In this document: piece after piece, positions 1 through 8,736 of the stretch
Layout: each line of letters starts with the position of its first letter
Position numbering within the stretch: the stretch's first letter is position 1
Program-made: the position numbers and the translations under genes
Virus record (IMG/VR): IMGVR_UViG_3300044731_000789
Location: 1-64,000 of that record
Direction: 5' to 3' (one strand)
Source of the DNA: a virus
DNA length: 64,000 bases
Notes under the pieces: generated by a model
Told to the model about the DNA's origin: nothing
Database searches by the model: none
The model's input: the letters and a program-made list of their open reading frames with translations, nothing else

Positions 1-249
1 GATGTGCAACATACAATGTCCAAAACTATTAATCAAGTTGCTCAAGGAGCAACCATTATGATTAAACGTGGTGGAAAACCTGTTGCAAAATTGATGCCTG
101 CTGGTTCCAATGAATCGGTAATAAATGAATCTGTTCAAATCAGTAAAATAAATAATATTCAATATTTGCTAGAAACTATGAAAATAGATGAATCCATTTT
201 GTTAAATGATGTACAAACTAGCATAATCCTTAAAAAACTTGGTAATTAA
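1..249 (+). CDS. 3' part of a head-region protein (runs off the window start); contains a Phd/YefM-like segment
   Basis: Frame open from base 1; SKTINQVAQGATIMIKRGGKPVAKLMP resembles Phd/YefM; NES/DES motifs like those of processed T4 head proteins; lies upstream of gp21. Confidence 0.45.
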   Translation, partial: DVQHTMSKTINQVAQGATIMIKRGGKPVAKLMPAGSNESVINESVQISKINNIQYLLETMKIDESILLNDVQTSIILKKLGN

Positions 250-250
250 T

Positions 251-1432
251 ATGCAAAAAACTGTACATATTCAATTTGATAAAGAAAGTAAATATCTTGG
301 CAAAGTTGATCCAACAAAAGATATCAAAGATGGTCATTTCAACATTGAAGTCAGCCATGATGAACATGAAGATGTTGAAAAAAATAAAGATGAAGCAGAT
401 TTTGTTGCAAAGTTTTTAGGTGGAAAATCCAAAATTGATAATGAGAAAAGATTAGAAGGATTGGTTAAAGAAGAGTTGGAACATGAATCATTGGTATTAG
501 ATGAAACATCTGTACCAACAGAACAATCTTTGCTCGAACTTAGCAAAGAGACTTTGAAAAGTTATATGCGAGCAAATGTAGAAGACAGAATTTTAAGAGC
601 ATCTGGTGCAAGTTTCAAATCTGGAAAAGCTGGCGACGAATATAATAAAGCAGATGATACAGAAACCGACGAAAAACGTAAAAAGGGTATGGATAAAGCA
701 ATGGATAAATTAACAAAAGAATCTGAGCAATTGGATGAATTATCAAAAGAAGAGTTGATACAATATATTAATGAAGTTTGTATTTTACATGAAGAGGTAG
801 ATTACGCATCATATACAACAATTGCCCATGAAAAAAGCGAAAAAGCACTAAAAAGTAATTTATATGATGACCATAAACGAGCAATCGATGCACACAAAAC
901 TGCTAGGAAACATTGGTTAAATCTTAGCAAAAAAATTGAGAATGAAGATGGTCAAGGTAGAATATCGAAATCTATAGCAAAATATCATGATTCGCAAATT
1001 CAAAAACATGTAGAAGCAATTAAACCAAAAAAAATGAACGAATCATTTGGTGCAAATATTTTGGCATCTATTATCAATAATAAACCAATCGAGGCACAAG
1101 AACAATTTGGCGCAGCTATGTCAAGTATTTTAAAAACCAGAATTGACAATATGCGCCAAGATGTTGCATCCAGAATTTATAATAATGAAATGAATGAATC
1201 TGTGAACGAGCAATATGGTGTATATCACCAACGACCAGAAGATATTAAAACGGCAAAAGAATACCCAACAAAACCTACTACATTATATCATTTATCAACA
1301 CATTCAACTAAAAATTCTGCACAAAAAGAAGTAGATAATTTAAAAAATCGTGGATATACAGGGTTTTTATTTGCTAACAAAATTTCAGATGCAGAGAAAA
1401 TGCCACATAAAATAGTCAAGGATTTTAAATGA
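251..1432 (+). CDS. Prohead core / internal head protein with a gp67-like segment
   Basis: ATG at 251; ILASIINNKPIEAQEQFGAAMSSILKTRIDNMRQDVA resembles gp67; repeated L(D/L)ELSK and LxE motifs; directly upstream of gp21. Confidence 0.6.
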   Translation: MQKTVHIQFDKESKYLGKVDPTKDIKDGHFNIEVSHDEHEDVEKNKDEADFVAKFLGGKSKIDNEKRLEGLVKEELEHESLVLDETSVPTEQSLLELSKETLKSYMRANVEDRILRASGASFKSGKAGDEYNKADDTETDEKRKKGMDKAMDKLTKESEQLDELSKEELIQYINEVCILHEEVDYASYTTIAHEKSEKALKSNLYDDHKRAIDAHKTARKHWLNLSKKIENEDGQGRISKSIAKYHDSQIQKHVEAIKPKKMNESFGANILASIINNKPIEAQEQFGAAMSSILKTRIDNMRQDVASRIYNNEMNESVNEQYGVYHQRPEDIKTAKEYPTKPTTLYHLSTHSTKNSAQKEVDNLKNRGYTGFLFANKISDAEKMPHKIVKDFK

Positions 1433-2082
1433 AACTAATAACAGAATTATATGATGATGTAGAAATGATTACAGAATCAACCGATTCTGGGAAAAAATAT
1501 ACAATCTCTGGAATATTTGCTCAAGCTGAGGTTGGTAACAGAAACGGAAGAATTTATCGTATGCCTGTTATGGAGCGAGAAATAAATTCATATGTGAAGA
1601 ATTTTGTTAATGAAAATAGAGCTTTAGCGGAAATGTGCCATCCTTTGCACTATCATGTTAATCCAGATAGAGTTTCCCACCGAATTACAGAATTAAAATT
1701 TGATGGGAATAATGTATATGGCAAAGCGAATATATTAAATACTCCGTGCGGAAATATTGTAAAGGCATTTATTGATGATGGTGTCAAATTTGGAGTTTCT
1801 ACACGAGGTATTGGCACATTAAAGAAAAATTCTTCTGGATTAAATGAAGTACAAGATGATTTCAAACTATCGTGTATAGATATTGTTACTGATCCTTCTG
1901 CACCAGATGCATTTGTACAAGGAATCCTAGAAAACAAGATTTTTGATATTGTAGATGGAGTTATTACAGAAAGTATTATTGATAACTATAAACAAGTTAT
2001 TAAAAAATCTTCTACAAAAGAATTAAACGAAATAAAATTTAAATTATTCCAAGATTTTATGAATAATTTAAAGAATAAATAA
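1429..2082 (+). CDS. gp21: Prohead protease
   Basis: MKLITE start, GIFAQAE..NRNGRIY, RALAEMCHP, TPCG.IVK, GVSTRG.G, DIVTDPSAPDAFV motifs. Confidence 0.95.
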   Translation: MKLITELYDDVEMITESTDSGKKYTISGIFAQAEVGNRNGRIYRMPVMEREINSYVKNFVNENRALAEMCHPLHYHVNPDRVSHRITELKFDGNNVYGKANILNTPCGNIVKAFIDDGVKFGVSTRGIGTLKKNSSGLNEVQDDFKLSCIDIVTDPSAPDAFVQGILENKIFDIVDGVITESIIDNYKQVIKKSSTKELNEIKFKLFQDFMNNLKNK

Positions 2083-2083
2083 A

Positions 2084-2091
2084 TATAAATA
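2084..2091 (+). promoter_or_regulatory. T4-type late promoter (gp22)
   Basis: TATAAATA followed by an AGGAG RBS and the gp22 ATG. Confidence 0.8.
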
Positions 2092-2117
2092 ATATTATAA
2101 AACATTTAGGAGTAATC

Positions 2118-2825
2118 ATGTTACAAGAAAATTTCGGAAATCTGTTTGAAGGCCAAGAACTTTCAGACGAATTCAAAGAAAAGGCTACCCTTGTTTTTGA
2201 AGCTGCTGTCACAGAAAAAGCCAAAGAACAAGTTGAAGAAATTTCAAAGGAATTGCAAGAAAAATTCGATAAAGAATTAGAAACAATTCATGGTGAATTA
2301 GTGGAAAAAATTGATAGTGCCTTGAACTATTTTGTTGAAGGTTGGTTAGAAGAAAACAAATTGGCAGTTGAAACTGGTATCAGAACTGACATTGTTGAAA
2401 ACTTTATTACAAAATTGAAAGACCTTTTTACCGAATCTTATATCGATGTCCCAGAAGAAAAAGTTGAATATGTGTCGGAAATGGAACAGAAATTTGTAGC
2501 CATGGAAGAAAAATTGAACGAACAAGTTCAGAAAAATATTGATCTAAATGCAAAAATTGCAGGACTGGTTAAAGAATCTGTTTTTGCTCATGTTGCTAAG
2601 GATTTGGCAGAATCTGAAAGCGAAAAATTTAAAGGTTTGACTGAATCAGTTGATTTTGTATCAGAATCTGACTACAAAGAAAAATTGGAAACATTGAAAG
2701 AAAATTATTTTCCAAAATCTTCCGAAAAAACTGAACCAGTTGTTGAACAAACTTTGGACGAAAGCGTGGCTCCTGATATTTCTAAAGAAGCACAATATAT
2801 TTCAACCAAGTATGCAAACATTTAA
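2118..2825 (+). CDS. gp22: Prohead scaffold/core protein
   Basis: LSDEFKEKATLVFEAAV, WLEENKLAVETGIRTDIVENF, LFTESYIDVPEEK, KLETLKENYF; lies between gp21 and gp23. Confidence 0.93.
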   Translation: MLQENFGNLFEGQELSDEFKEKATLVFEAAVTEKAKEQVEEISKELQEKFDKELETIHGELVEKIDSALNYFVEGWLEENKLAVETGIRTDIVENFITKLKDLFTESYIDVPEEKVEYVSEMEQKFVAMEEKLNEQVQKNIDLNAKIAGLVKESVFAHVAKDLAESESEKFKGLTESVDFVSESDYKEKLETLKENYFPKSSEKTEPVVEQTLDESVAPDISKEAQYISTKYANI

Positions 2826-2928
2826 TAATATATAGACAAATATTTAACGATATGTAAGTAGTGCGTAAGCACCCTAATTGGTTGGAATCTAATTTCCAAC
2901 GAGGACATCGATCCTAGCTCTTTTTGTG

Positions 2929-3065
2929 TACCCAGGGGAACTGGGGAATTAACGGACGTGGAGATTATTAGCTCTGGCTTCGCAACTTCGTTGCTTGGTG
3001 AAACTATGGTCAATGAACCGTCAATTTGTTAAATTGCGTATTTTAGTGAGCTAACAAACTTTCAA
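2929..3065 (+). ncRNA. Stand-alone TnpB omega-RNA (reRNA) scaffold; predicted guide starts at 3066
   Basis: 2929-3028 is 85/100 identical (ungapped) to the reverse complement of 31634-31733 at the tnpB 3' end, with compensatory changes; ends in TTCAA like IS605-family right ends; no tnpB ORF adjacent. Confidence 0.8.
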
Positions 3066-3066
3066 T

Positions 3067-3074
3067 AATAAATA
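3067..3074 (+). promoter_or_regulatory. Late promoter (gp23)
   Basis: AATAAATA; 3068-3084 is identical to 2085-2101; GAGGA RBS precedes the gp23 ATG. Confidence 0.7.
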
Positions 3075-3104
3075 ATATTATAAATTTAAACTAAAGAGGA
3101 TAAC

Positions 3105-4646
3105 ATGTATAAAATTCAGGAATCAGGTCTTGATCAAAAATGGGCAAGTGTTTTAGATAACGATAAATATTCGCCTATTAAAGACAAGCATAAACGTGAT
3201 GTTTTAACCACAGTTTTGGAAAACCAAGAAAAAGCTTTTGCAGAAAGTCGTGAAGCTATTTCAATGTTGCAAGAAGCGGCACCAGCTAACGCAGTTGGTA
3301 CATATGGTAATACTGATGGTATCGCTAAATGGGACAGCGTTTTAATTGGTATGCTTCGTCGTGCAATGCCGCAACTTATTGCATATGATGTATGCGATGT
3401 GCAACCAATGACAATGCCTGCTCAATTGATTTTTGCAATGAAATCAAGATATACATCACAAAGTGGTGCTGAAGCGTTGTTCAATGAATCAAATGCAGCA
3501 TTTTCTGGCACCAATTTGGTACAATATGGCACTAATCCGTCTTCTCCAGAAAATGTTAAAACATCTGGTGGGTCTGATGTAACTATGTCAGCTACTGGTG
3601 GTAGCGCGGCAGTTACATTGACTGGTGTACCTTACAAATCAGGTGCAAACGTAAGTTTGAAAGGTGTTACTATTTTTGACAGCAATGGTGTTGCGGTTGG
3701 TCGTGTATTAACCCATACCGCTGGTGGTACTGCTGTAACATTAGAAGCAAACGCTCCAGCAAGTGCATCAGGCGCAGTATATGCATACAGCTATAGCACT
3801 GGAATGACCACTCCAGAAGGTGAGGCATTAGGTACTCAAGGTGGCGGCACATTCCAAGAAATGGCATTCTCAATTGAGAAAACCACTGCAACTGTTGTAA
3901 CCAGAGCATTGAAAACAGAATATACATTAGAATTGGTACAAGATTTACGCGCAGTTCATGGTTTGGATGCAGAAAATGTATTGAGCAATATGTTGTCAAC
4001 AGAATTGTTGTCAGAAATGAACCGCGAAGTATTGCGTACAATCTACACAACTGCTCAATGGGGCGCTCGTGCTGGTTCTACCAACACTGCAGGCACTTTT
4101 GACTTAGACTTGGATTCAAATGGTCGTTGGTCTGTTGAAAAATTCAAAGGTTTAATGTTCCAAATTGAGCGCGATGCGAACGCAATTGGTCATTTGATCC
4201 GTAGAGGTCGTGGTAACTTCATTATCTGTTCTGCAGATGTTGCAAGTGCATTGGCCATGACTGGCAAATTGGATTATAACCCAGCATTGCAAAATAACTT
4301 GAATGTTGATGATTCAAACGCTACTTTTGCAGGTATTTTGAACAATAAATACAAAGTATATATTGATCCATATAGTGCAAACTTGAATGCTGCAGATCAA
4401 TTCTATGTAGTTGGTTACAAAGGTGAACAATTTAACTCTGGTTTGATTTATTCTCCTTACACCCCATTACAAATGGTTCGTGCAGTTGATCCAGGTAGCT
4501 TCCAACCTAAATTGGGCTTCAAATCTCGCTATGCGCTCACCGCAAACCCATACGCGTCAGGCACTGGTCAAATCATCACATCAGGTGTTGGTCCTGCTAA
4601 TAGCAATGTGTACTATTCTAAAGTAAAAGTACAAAATTTGATGTAA
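3105..4646 (+). CDS. gp23: Major capsid protein
   Basis: LRRAMPQLIAYDVCDVQPM, EMAFSIEK, RALKTEYTLELVQDLRAVHGLDAE, GRWSVEKFKGL, FQPKLGFKSRY. Confidence 0.98.
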   Translation: MYKIQESGLDQKWASVLDNDKYSPIKDKHKRDVLTTVLENQEKAFAESREAISMLQEAAPANAVGTYGNTDGIAKWDSVLIGMLRRAMPQLIAYDVCDVQPMTMPAQLIFAMKSRYTSQSGAEALFNESNAAFSGTNLVQYGTNPSSPENVKTSGGSDVTMSATGGSAAVTLTGVPYKSGANVSLKGVTIFDSNGVAVGRVLTHTAGGTAVTLEANAPASASGAVYAYSYSTGMTTPEGEALGTQGGGTFQEMAFSIEKTTATVVTRALKTEYTLELVQDLRAVHGLDAENVLSNMLSTELLSEMNREVLRTIYTTAQWGARAGSTNTAGTFDLDLDSNGRWSVEKFKGLMFQIERDANAIGHLIRRGRGNFIICSADVASALAMTGKLDYNPALQNNLNVDDSNATFAGILNNKYKVYIDPYSANLNAADQFYVVGYKGEQFNSGLIYSPYTPLQMVRAVDPGSFQPKLGFKSRYALTANPYASGTGQIITSGVGPANSNVYYSKVKVQNLM

Positions 4647-4659
4647 AATATCAAATTAG

Positions 4660-4686
4660 AAAAAAGGGGGCTTCGGCCCCTTTTTT
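4660..4686. terminator. Bidirectional intrinsic terminator
   Basis: A6-G-GGGGC-TTCG-GCCCC-T6 with a C(UUCG)G tetraloop, between convergent genes. Confidence 0.92.
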
Positions 4687-6472
4687 ATTTCTTTCGCCAT
4701 TCTAATTTTAATTTACCGCAATCATATATTCTATATATTCTGTTATAAATTGCTAATTCATGTTCTGTCATTGTTTCATCATATTTTAGTTTTGGATCAT
4801 TTTTAAATCTGTTTTTTCTAAATCCGAACTTATGTTTCCTTTCATCGTTATGGACATATGTATAATCGACAGGCAATCTATCAACAATATAGAAACCATT
4901 TTCTAAATAAGATTCTCCAGTAAACATTTGCAAATCAACAAATGTGTGGATTATATCTAATTTAGAATTTTTCACCAATTTGCTCAACCCACCAACCACT
5001 TTGCATGATGTGGTATACCTAGTTAAAATGTTGCCATTGAACAACATTGCTGCAACAATTTCTCCATTATACTCAAGACAAACATTATATGAATGTACCG
5101 CATACCCTTGGATATGGTATTTCACAAAGAACTTAGTCAAAAATTCTTTCCCAACATTATATAAAACGTTGCATTTCCTGGCAAAAATGCTTATATCATC
5201 ACATTTACCAATAGAATTTTTGATAAATCTTTTAACTATATCAAACCTATCAACAATATCATCTTCATATATATGAATCAATCTTATACCAAGATTTGAA
5301 CACATATCTGTTTTCATTTTGTGATATGTTGATAATTTGTATACTTCTGAATGCCAATATACACCATTTATTTCAAACGCAATATTTTTTTCTGGTATAA
5401 TAATATCTAATTCATATGGAGATATTATTTGTTTAGTGCTATATTCATATGTAACATCTAATGAATCTAAATAATCCCTAATTTTATATTCATATGTAGA
5501 AACTGTATTATCGATTCGTATTTCTATACCATGTCCAGTCAAATATCTGGAAACACATGAGTCAGTACATTTTAAAATAGCGCAAATATCATATGTGGAT
5601 AATTTATTTGTCACATATTGCTCATACATCCAGTCTCTATTATTTAATAAATCCCATGCAAATTTTCCAAGTCTTGTTTCAGAACCTGATCTAACTGGTA
5701 TATTATGTTTATTCAAATAATTTCTAACTGTTCTTTGTGAGCAACCTAGTTCCAAAGCAATTGCGTCCATAGATACCCAATTCACACAATATGCTTTATA
5801 CAACCACAAAAAACTTGATAATTTTTCAATAGCATTTTTGCTTAATTGGTTTTCGGTTCCATTTCTTAACGGAATACCATATTGTTTTATATATTTCAGA
5901 ACAATACCTGTACCACATCCACATATAGAACTTATATCAGATGATGAATATTGTTCCAAAATATATTTCTCATATAACCAATCATATTGTTCCAATGTAT
6001 TTGATAAATCAACTTGACAACAATTATATTGAATTTCTTTTATGCCATGTTTTGAAATCCATTTAGATATAGTTGGGTGAGAAACTCCTAATTCATTTGC
6101 TATATTTTCTTTGGATTTCTTATTTACAATCCTTTGGGTATATAACCAATCTTTATCTTTAAGTTTATCCATAATATTTTTGTTCAATCTTGGTGTAGAT
6201 TGTCTACACAAATCTGAACAAAATCTATTAAACCCAAGTTTGTTGTTTCTCGCGTTTACTGATGTATTACCACCACAATGTTCGCATTTTGGTATATCAT
6301 GAATATTATTTTTGACACAATATATTCTTAGTGAATAAGTTGGTGTTAAACTATTGAGAAATGATGTTTCATCCAACAATTTTGAAACAATTTCTTGTTT
6401 AGACTGTGATAGACTTATTGCAGATTTATTCTCACATAAGTCTATCACATATTGACTATATTTTTTATCCAT
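4685..6472 (-). CDS. Hef/Vsr-like PD-(D/E)xK homing endonuclease with four tandem HTH repeats
   Basis: ELDIIIPEKNIAFEINGVYWHSE...GIRLIHIYEDD nuclease motif; four DWLY...IA.ELG.S...I..HGI-type repeats; N-terminal CxxC. Confidence 0.75.
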   Translation of the reverse strand: MDKKYSQYVIDLCENKSAISLSQSKQEIVSKLLDETSFLNSLTPTYSLRIYCVKNNIHDIPKCEHCGGNTSVNARNNKLGFNRFCSDLCRQSTPRLNKNIMDKLKDKDWLYTQRIVNKKSKENIANELGVSHPTISKWISKHGIKEIQYNCCQVDLSNTLEQYDWLYEKYILEQYSSSDISSICGCGTGIVLKYIKQYGIPLRNGTENQLSKNAIEKLSSFLWLYKAYCVNWVSMDAIALELGCSQRTVRNYLNKHNIPVRSGSETRLGKFAWDLLNNRDWMYEQYVTNKLSTYDICAILKCTDSCVSRYLTGHGIEIRIDNTVSTYEYKIRDYLDSLDVTYEYSTKQIISPYELDIIIPEKNIAFEINGVYWHSEVYKLSTYHKMKTDMCSNLGIRLIHIYEDDIVDRFDIVKRFIKNSIGKCDDISIFARKCNVLYNVGKEFLTKFFVKYHIQGYAVHSYNVCLEYNGEIVAAMLFNGNILTRYTTSCKVVGGLSKLVKNSKLDIIHTFVDLQMFTGESYLENGFYIVDRLPVDYTYVHNDERKHKFGFRKNRFKNDPKLKYDETMTEHELAIYNRIYRIYDCGKLKLEWRKK

Positions 6473-6475
6473 CTA

Positions 6476-6913
6476 TTAAATCTTGCACCAACTGTGAACT
6501 TTCCTTTTCCCGTTATACGGGACAGCCATTTTTTGGGCAATCATTTGGTCAGAAACACTCTGACCATCTTGCCACACATCGCAATCAATTCTGGAGCCAT
6601 ATTTGTCCCATGTGCATGCGGTAAGGGTTACATATTTTCCATCTAACATATTGGTCAAATATTCTTTGGCAGAGACTGCCCAAATTTTTTCCCCAGTGCA
6701 TTTCCCATGAATTTCTGGAGAATCTATGCCAAGAATTCTAACAGATATATGGGACAAATTTTCTGGTAAACCAGACATGGTTATCATAAAAGTGTCTCCA
6801 TCATATACTCGATCAACTTTGGCAACAATTGGCACATCCTTTGCCAGAACATTGCCAATCATGGATGCCAATAGTAGCAACAAATAAATTATCCGCACAG
6901 CAATTGACTCCAT
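6476..6913 (-). CDS. Thermonuclease (SNase-like) with signal peptide
   Basis: RVYDGDT, VRILGIDSPE, DKYGSR motifs; hydrophobic N-terminus. Confidence 0.88.
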   Translation of the reverse strand: MESIAVRIIYLLLLLASMIGNVLAKDVPIVAKVDRVYDGDTFMITMSGLPENLSHISVRILGIDSPEIHGKCTGEKIWAVSAKEYLTNMLDGKYVTLTACTWDKYGSRIDCDVWQDGQSVSDQMIAQKMAVPYNGKRKVHSWCKI

Positions 6914-7095
6914 GATTTAATATATCTTGCGCCATCTTCTGAAACATAATATTTTACATATATTCCTGTAGACAGTTGCACCATCTGACAAAGGGATTCA
7001 TCAATATTTTCGTTAAAATGGATTGCCCCAGAATAGCCACGAAATCGTGGTAATGTTGTAAATTCTTTTACCTCTGCTTCTGTTAATCTGTTCAT
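6889..7095 (-). CDS. Hypothetical protein
   Basis: Tightly coupled within the minus-strand operon. Confidence 0.5.
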   Translation of the reverse strand: MNRLTEAEVKEFTTLPRFRGYSGAIHFNENIDESLCQMVQLSTGIYVKYYVSEDGARYIKSWSQLLCG

Positions 7096-7096
7096 A

Positions 7097-7549
7097 TTAG
7101 TAAACCAAATTTCTTAATGTTGTGTACATGGTATACAATTCTTTTGACCATTCTTTACCAGATTTTGTATTGTACCGATAGTGTAAATCTTTTACAACGT
7201 TTTCTGTTAATGGGATGGTTCGATCATATGTAATAGTTTGAATCAAATCATTTTGTGAAGAAGATTTATACAACCCATCAAAGCGTTGCTTTGCAATTTT
7301 GGCACCAAGTTTTCGGGAAAAATTGTCATCTGGATGACAAACTGCCCAAGTGTAGGTGAGAGTTTGTTGCAATTGATTGATATAGAAGTGGAATACAATT
7401 CCCCCTTTTGCGGTTGGAACAAATCGTTCGATATTATCATCCCATTCTGTTGGTCGTACAACTCGGTTCAATTCTACAAATTCTTTACGATCACCCATAT
7501 CTAGTTCTCCAAATGTTTCAAAAATATCTTGCTGTAATTGTTGTTTCAT
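7097..7549 (-). CDS. Hypothetical phage protein
   Basis: AVCHPDDNFSRKLGAKIA motif common in phage proteins; ATG overlaps the sigma-factor stop. Confidence 0.65.
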   Translation of the reverse strand: MKQQLQQDIFETFGELDMGDRKEFVELNRVVRPTEWDDNIERFVPTAKGGIVFHFYINQLQQTLTYTWAVCHPDDNFSRKLGAKIAKQRFDGLYKSSSQNDLIQTITYDRTIPLTENVVKDLHYRYNTKSGKEWSKELYTMYTTLRNLVY

Positions 7550-8322
7550 AATAACACATCCTTTAAATTTGTCAACTCATTTTTCATTTGTCTAAAAGCT
7601 TTTTTCTCAATTTGTTCAATTCTTGAACCACTGCATCCATATTTTTCACCAAGTTGTTTATATGTTTGTGGTGATTCTGTTAAATGTCTGGAAAGAATAA
7701 TGTCTTTCCATCTGTCATTAAAGTGTGTATTAATATATGTTAAAATTTCTTTGATATGTTCTTGGTATGAATCTAGTGTGAAATCATACTCTTCTACAAG
7801 AATATCATCATAGTGGTTATGAAAATCTGAAACATTGTATACTGCGTTATACAACATATTGGCATCAAATTTATCCACACCACATTCTTTTGCCATTTCG
7901 TGTATATTTTCTGATGAAAAGTCTGTTTGTATTTTTGATATCATTTTTCTAAATTTTTGAATTCCTTTTGTTACTGGAATTTTAATTATTGTGTCATTTG
8001 TAATTAATTTATTTACTTCTTGCTGAATCCATGGGGCAGCATATGTTGCCAAGGATACTGTATCAACATATTGCATATCATATTTTTCAATAGATTTTAT
8101 TAAACCAATATTTCCACATGAAATTACATCCATAAAATCAATTTTAAATGATCTATATTGTTTACACATATAAACAACAAATCTTAAATTATGTTGGATT
8201 AATTTTTCTCTACTTTGTTTGCAACCAGTTGTTTTATATTTTGTTAATAATTCTTTTTCTTCATCTCTGGTAAGTTGTTTGTGTTTCAATTGTTTGCGAT
8301 AGTATGTAAAACTTTCACTCAT
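7546..8322 (-). CDS. Sigma-70 family (RpoH/RpoS-like) RNA polymerase sigma factor
   Basis: REKLIQHNLRFVV, DVISCGNIGLIKSIEKYD, ATYAAPWI (region 2); TYKQLGEKYGCSGSRIEQIEKKA (region 4 HTH); GGAGG RBS before ATG 8322. Confidence 0.9.
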   Translation of the reverse strand: MSESFTYYRKQLKHKQLTRDEEKELLTKYKTTGCKQSREKLIQHNLRFVVYMCKQYRSFKIDFMDVISCGNIGLIKSIEKYDMQYVDTVSLATYAAPWIQQEVNKLITNDTIIKIPVTKGIQKFRKMISKIQTDFSSENIHEMAKECGVDKFDANMLYNAVYNVSDFHNHYDDILVEEYDFTLDSYQEHIKEILTYINTHFNDRWKDIILSRHLTESPQTYKQLGEKYGCSGSRIEQIEKKAFRQMKNELTNLKDVLL

Positions 8323-8347
8323 AAATCCTCCAAATTTTTGTAGGTCT

Positions 8348-8376
8348 ATTGTACACAAGATGTTGTCCTATGTCAA
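8348..8376 (-). promoter_or_regulatory. Sigma70-type early promoter of the sigma-factor operon
   Basis: TTGACA-17-TACAAT on the minus strand; back-to-back with a late box CATAAATA at 8378-8385 on the plus strand. Confidence 0.75.
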
Positions 8377-8431
8377 GCATAAATAATTGATTAATATCTA
8401 GTGGTATATATTATTTTAATATAGGTAAAAT

Positions 8432-8722
8432 ATGGCAAATACAGGAATAGCTACAATAGATTTTGGTTCGGCTCCTGGTAGCAATGAAACAAGCGTAACC
8501 ATAACTGGTCAAACTTTGATTACATCTTCTGGTAAGGTTGAAGCATATGTGATGGGTGATGATACTACTGCTGATCATACAGCCAATGATCACAGATATT
8601 TTTCTGCATTGGTTGGACTAACGTGTGGTACACCAACTGATGCAACAGGGTTTACAATTTATGCTCGATCACTAGAAAAGCTTACTGGCACATTTAAAGT
8701 GCGTTGGGTTTGGGTTAATTAA
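8432..8722 (+). CDS. Putative virion structural protein
   Basis: Thr/Gly-rich beta-type composition; downstream of a late promoter. Confidence 0.6.
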   Translation: MANTGIATIDFGSAPGSNETSVTITGQTLITSSGKVEAYVMGDDTTADHTANDHRYFSALVGLTCGTPTDATGFTIYARSLEKLTGTFKVRWVWVN

Positions 8723-8736
8723 TTTAGGAATTACAT

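Noticed and set aside
2083-2101. Self-target for the orphan omega-RNA guide (17-nt identity with 3068-3084)
   Set aside because: Guide positions 1-2 mismatch and the sequence is an AT-only late-promoter context; the shared promoter explains the match
2822-3013. 63-aa minus-strand ORF
   Set aside because: Antisense shadow of the omega-RNA; no RBS or recognisable motif
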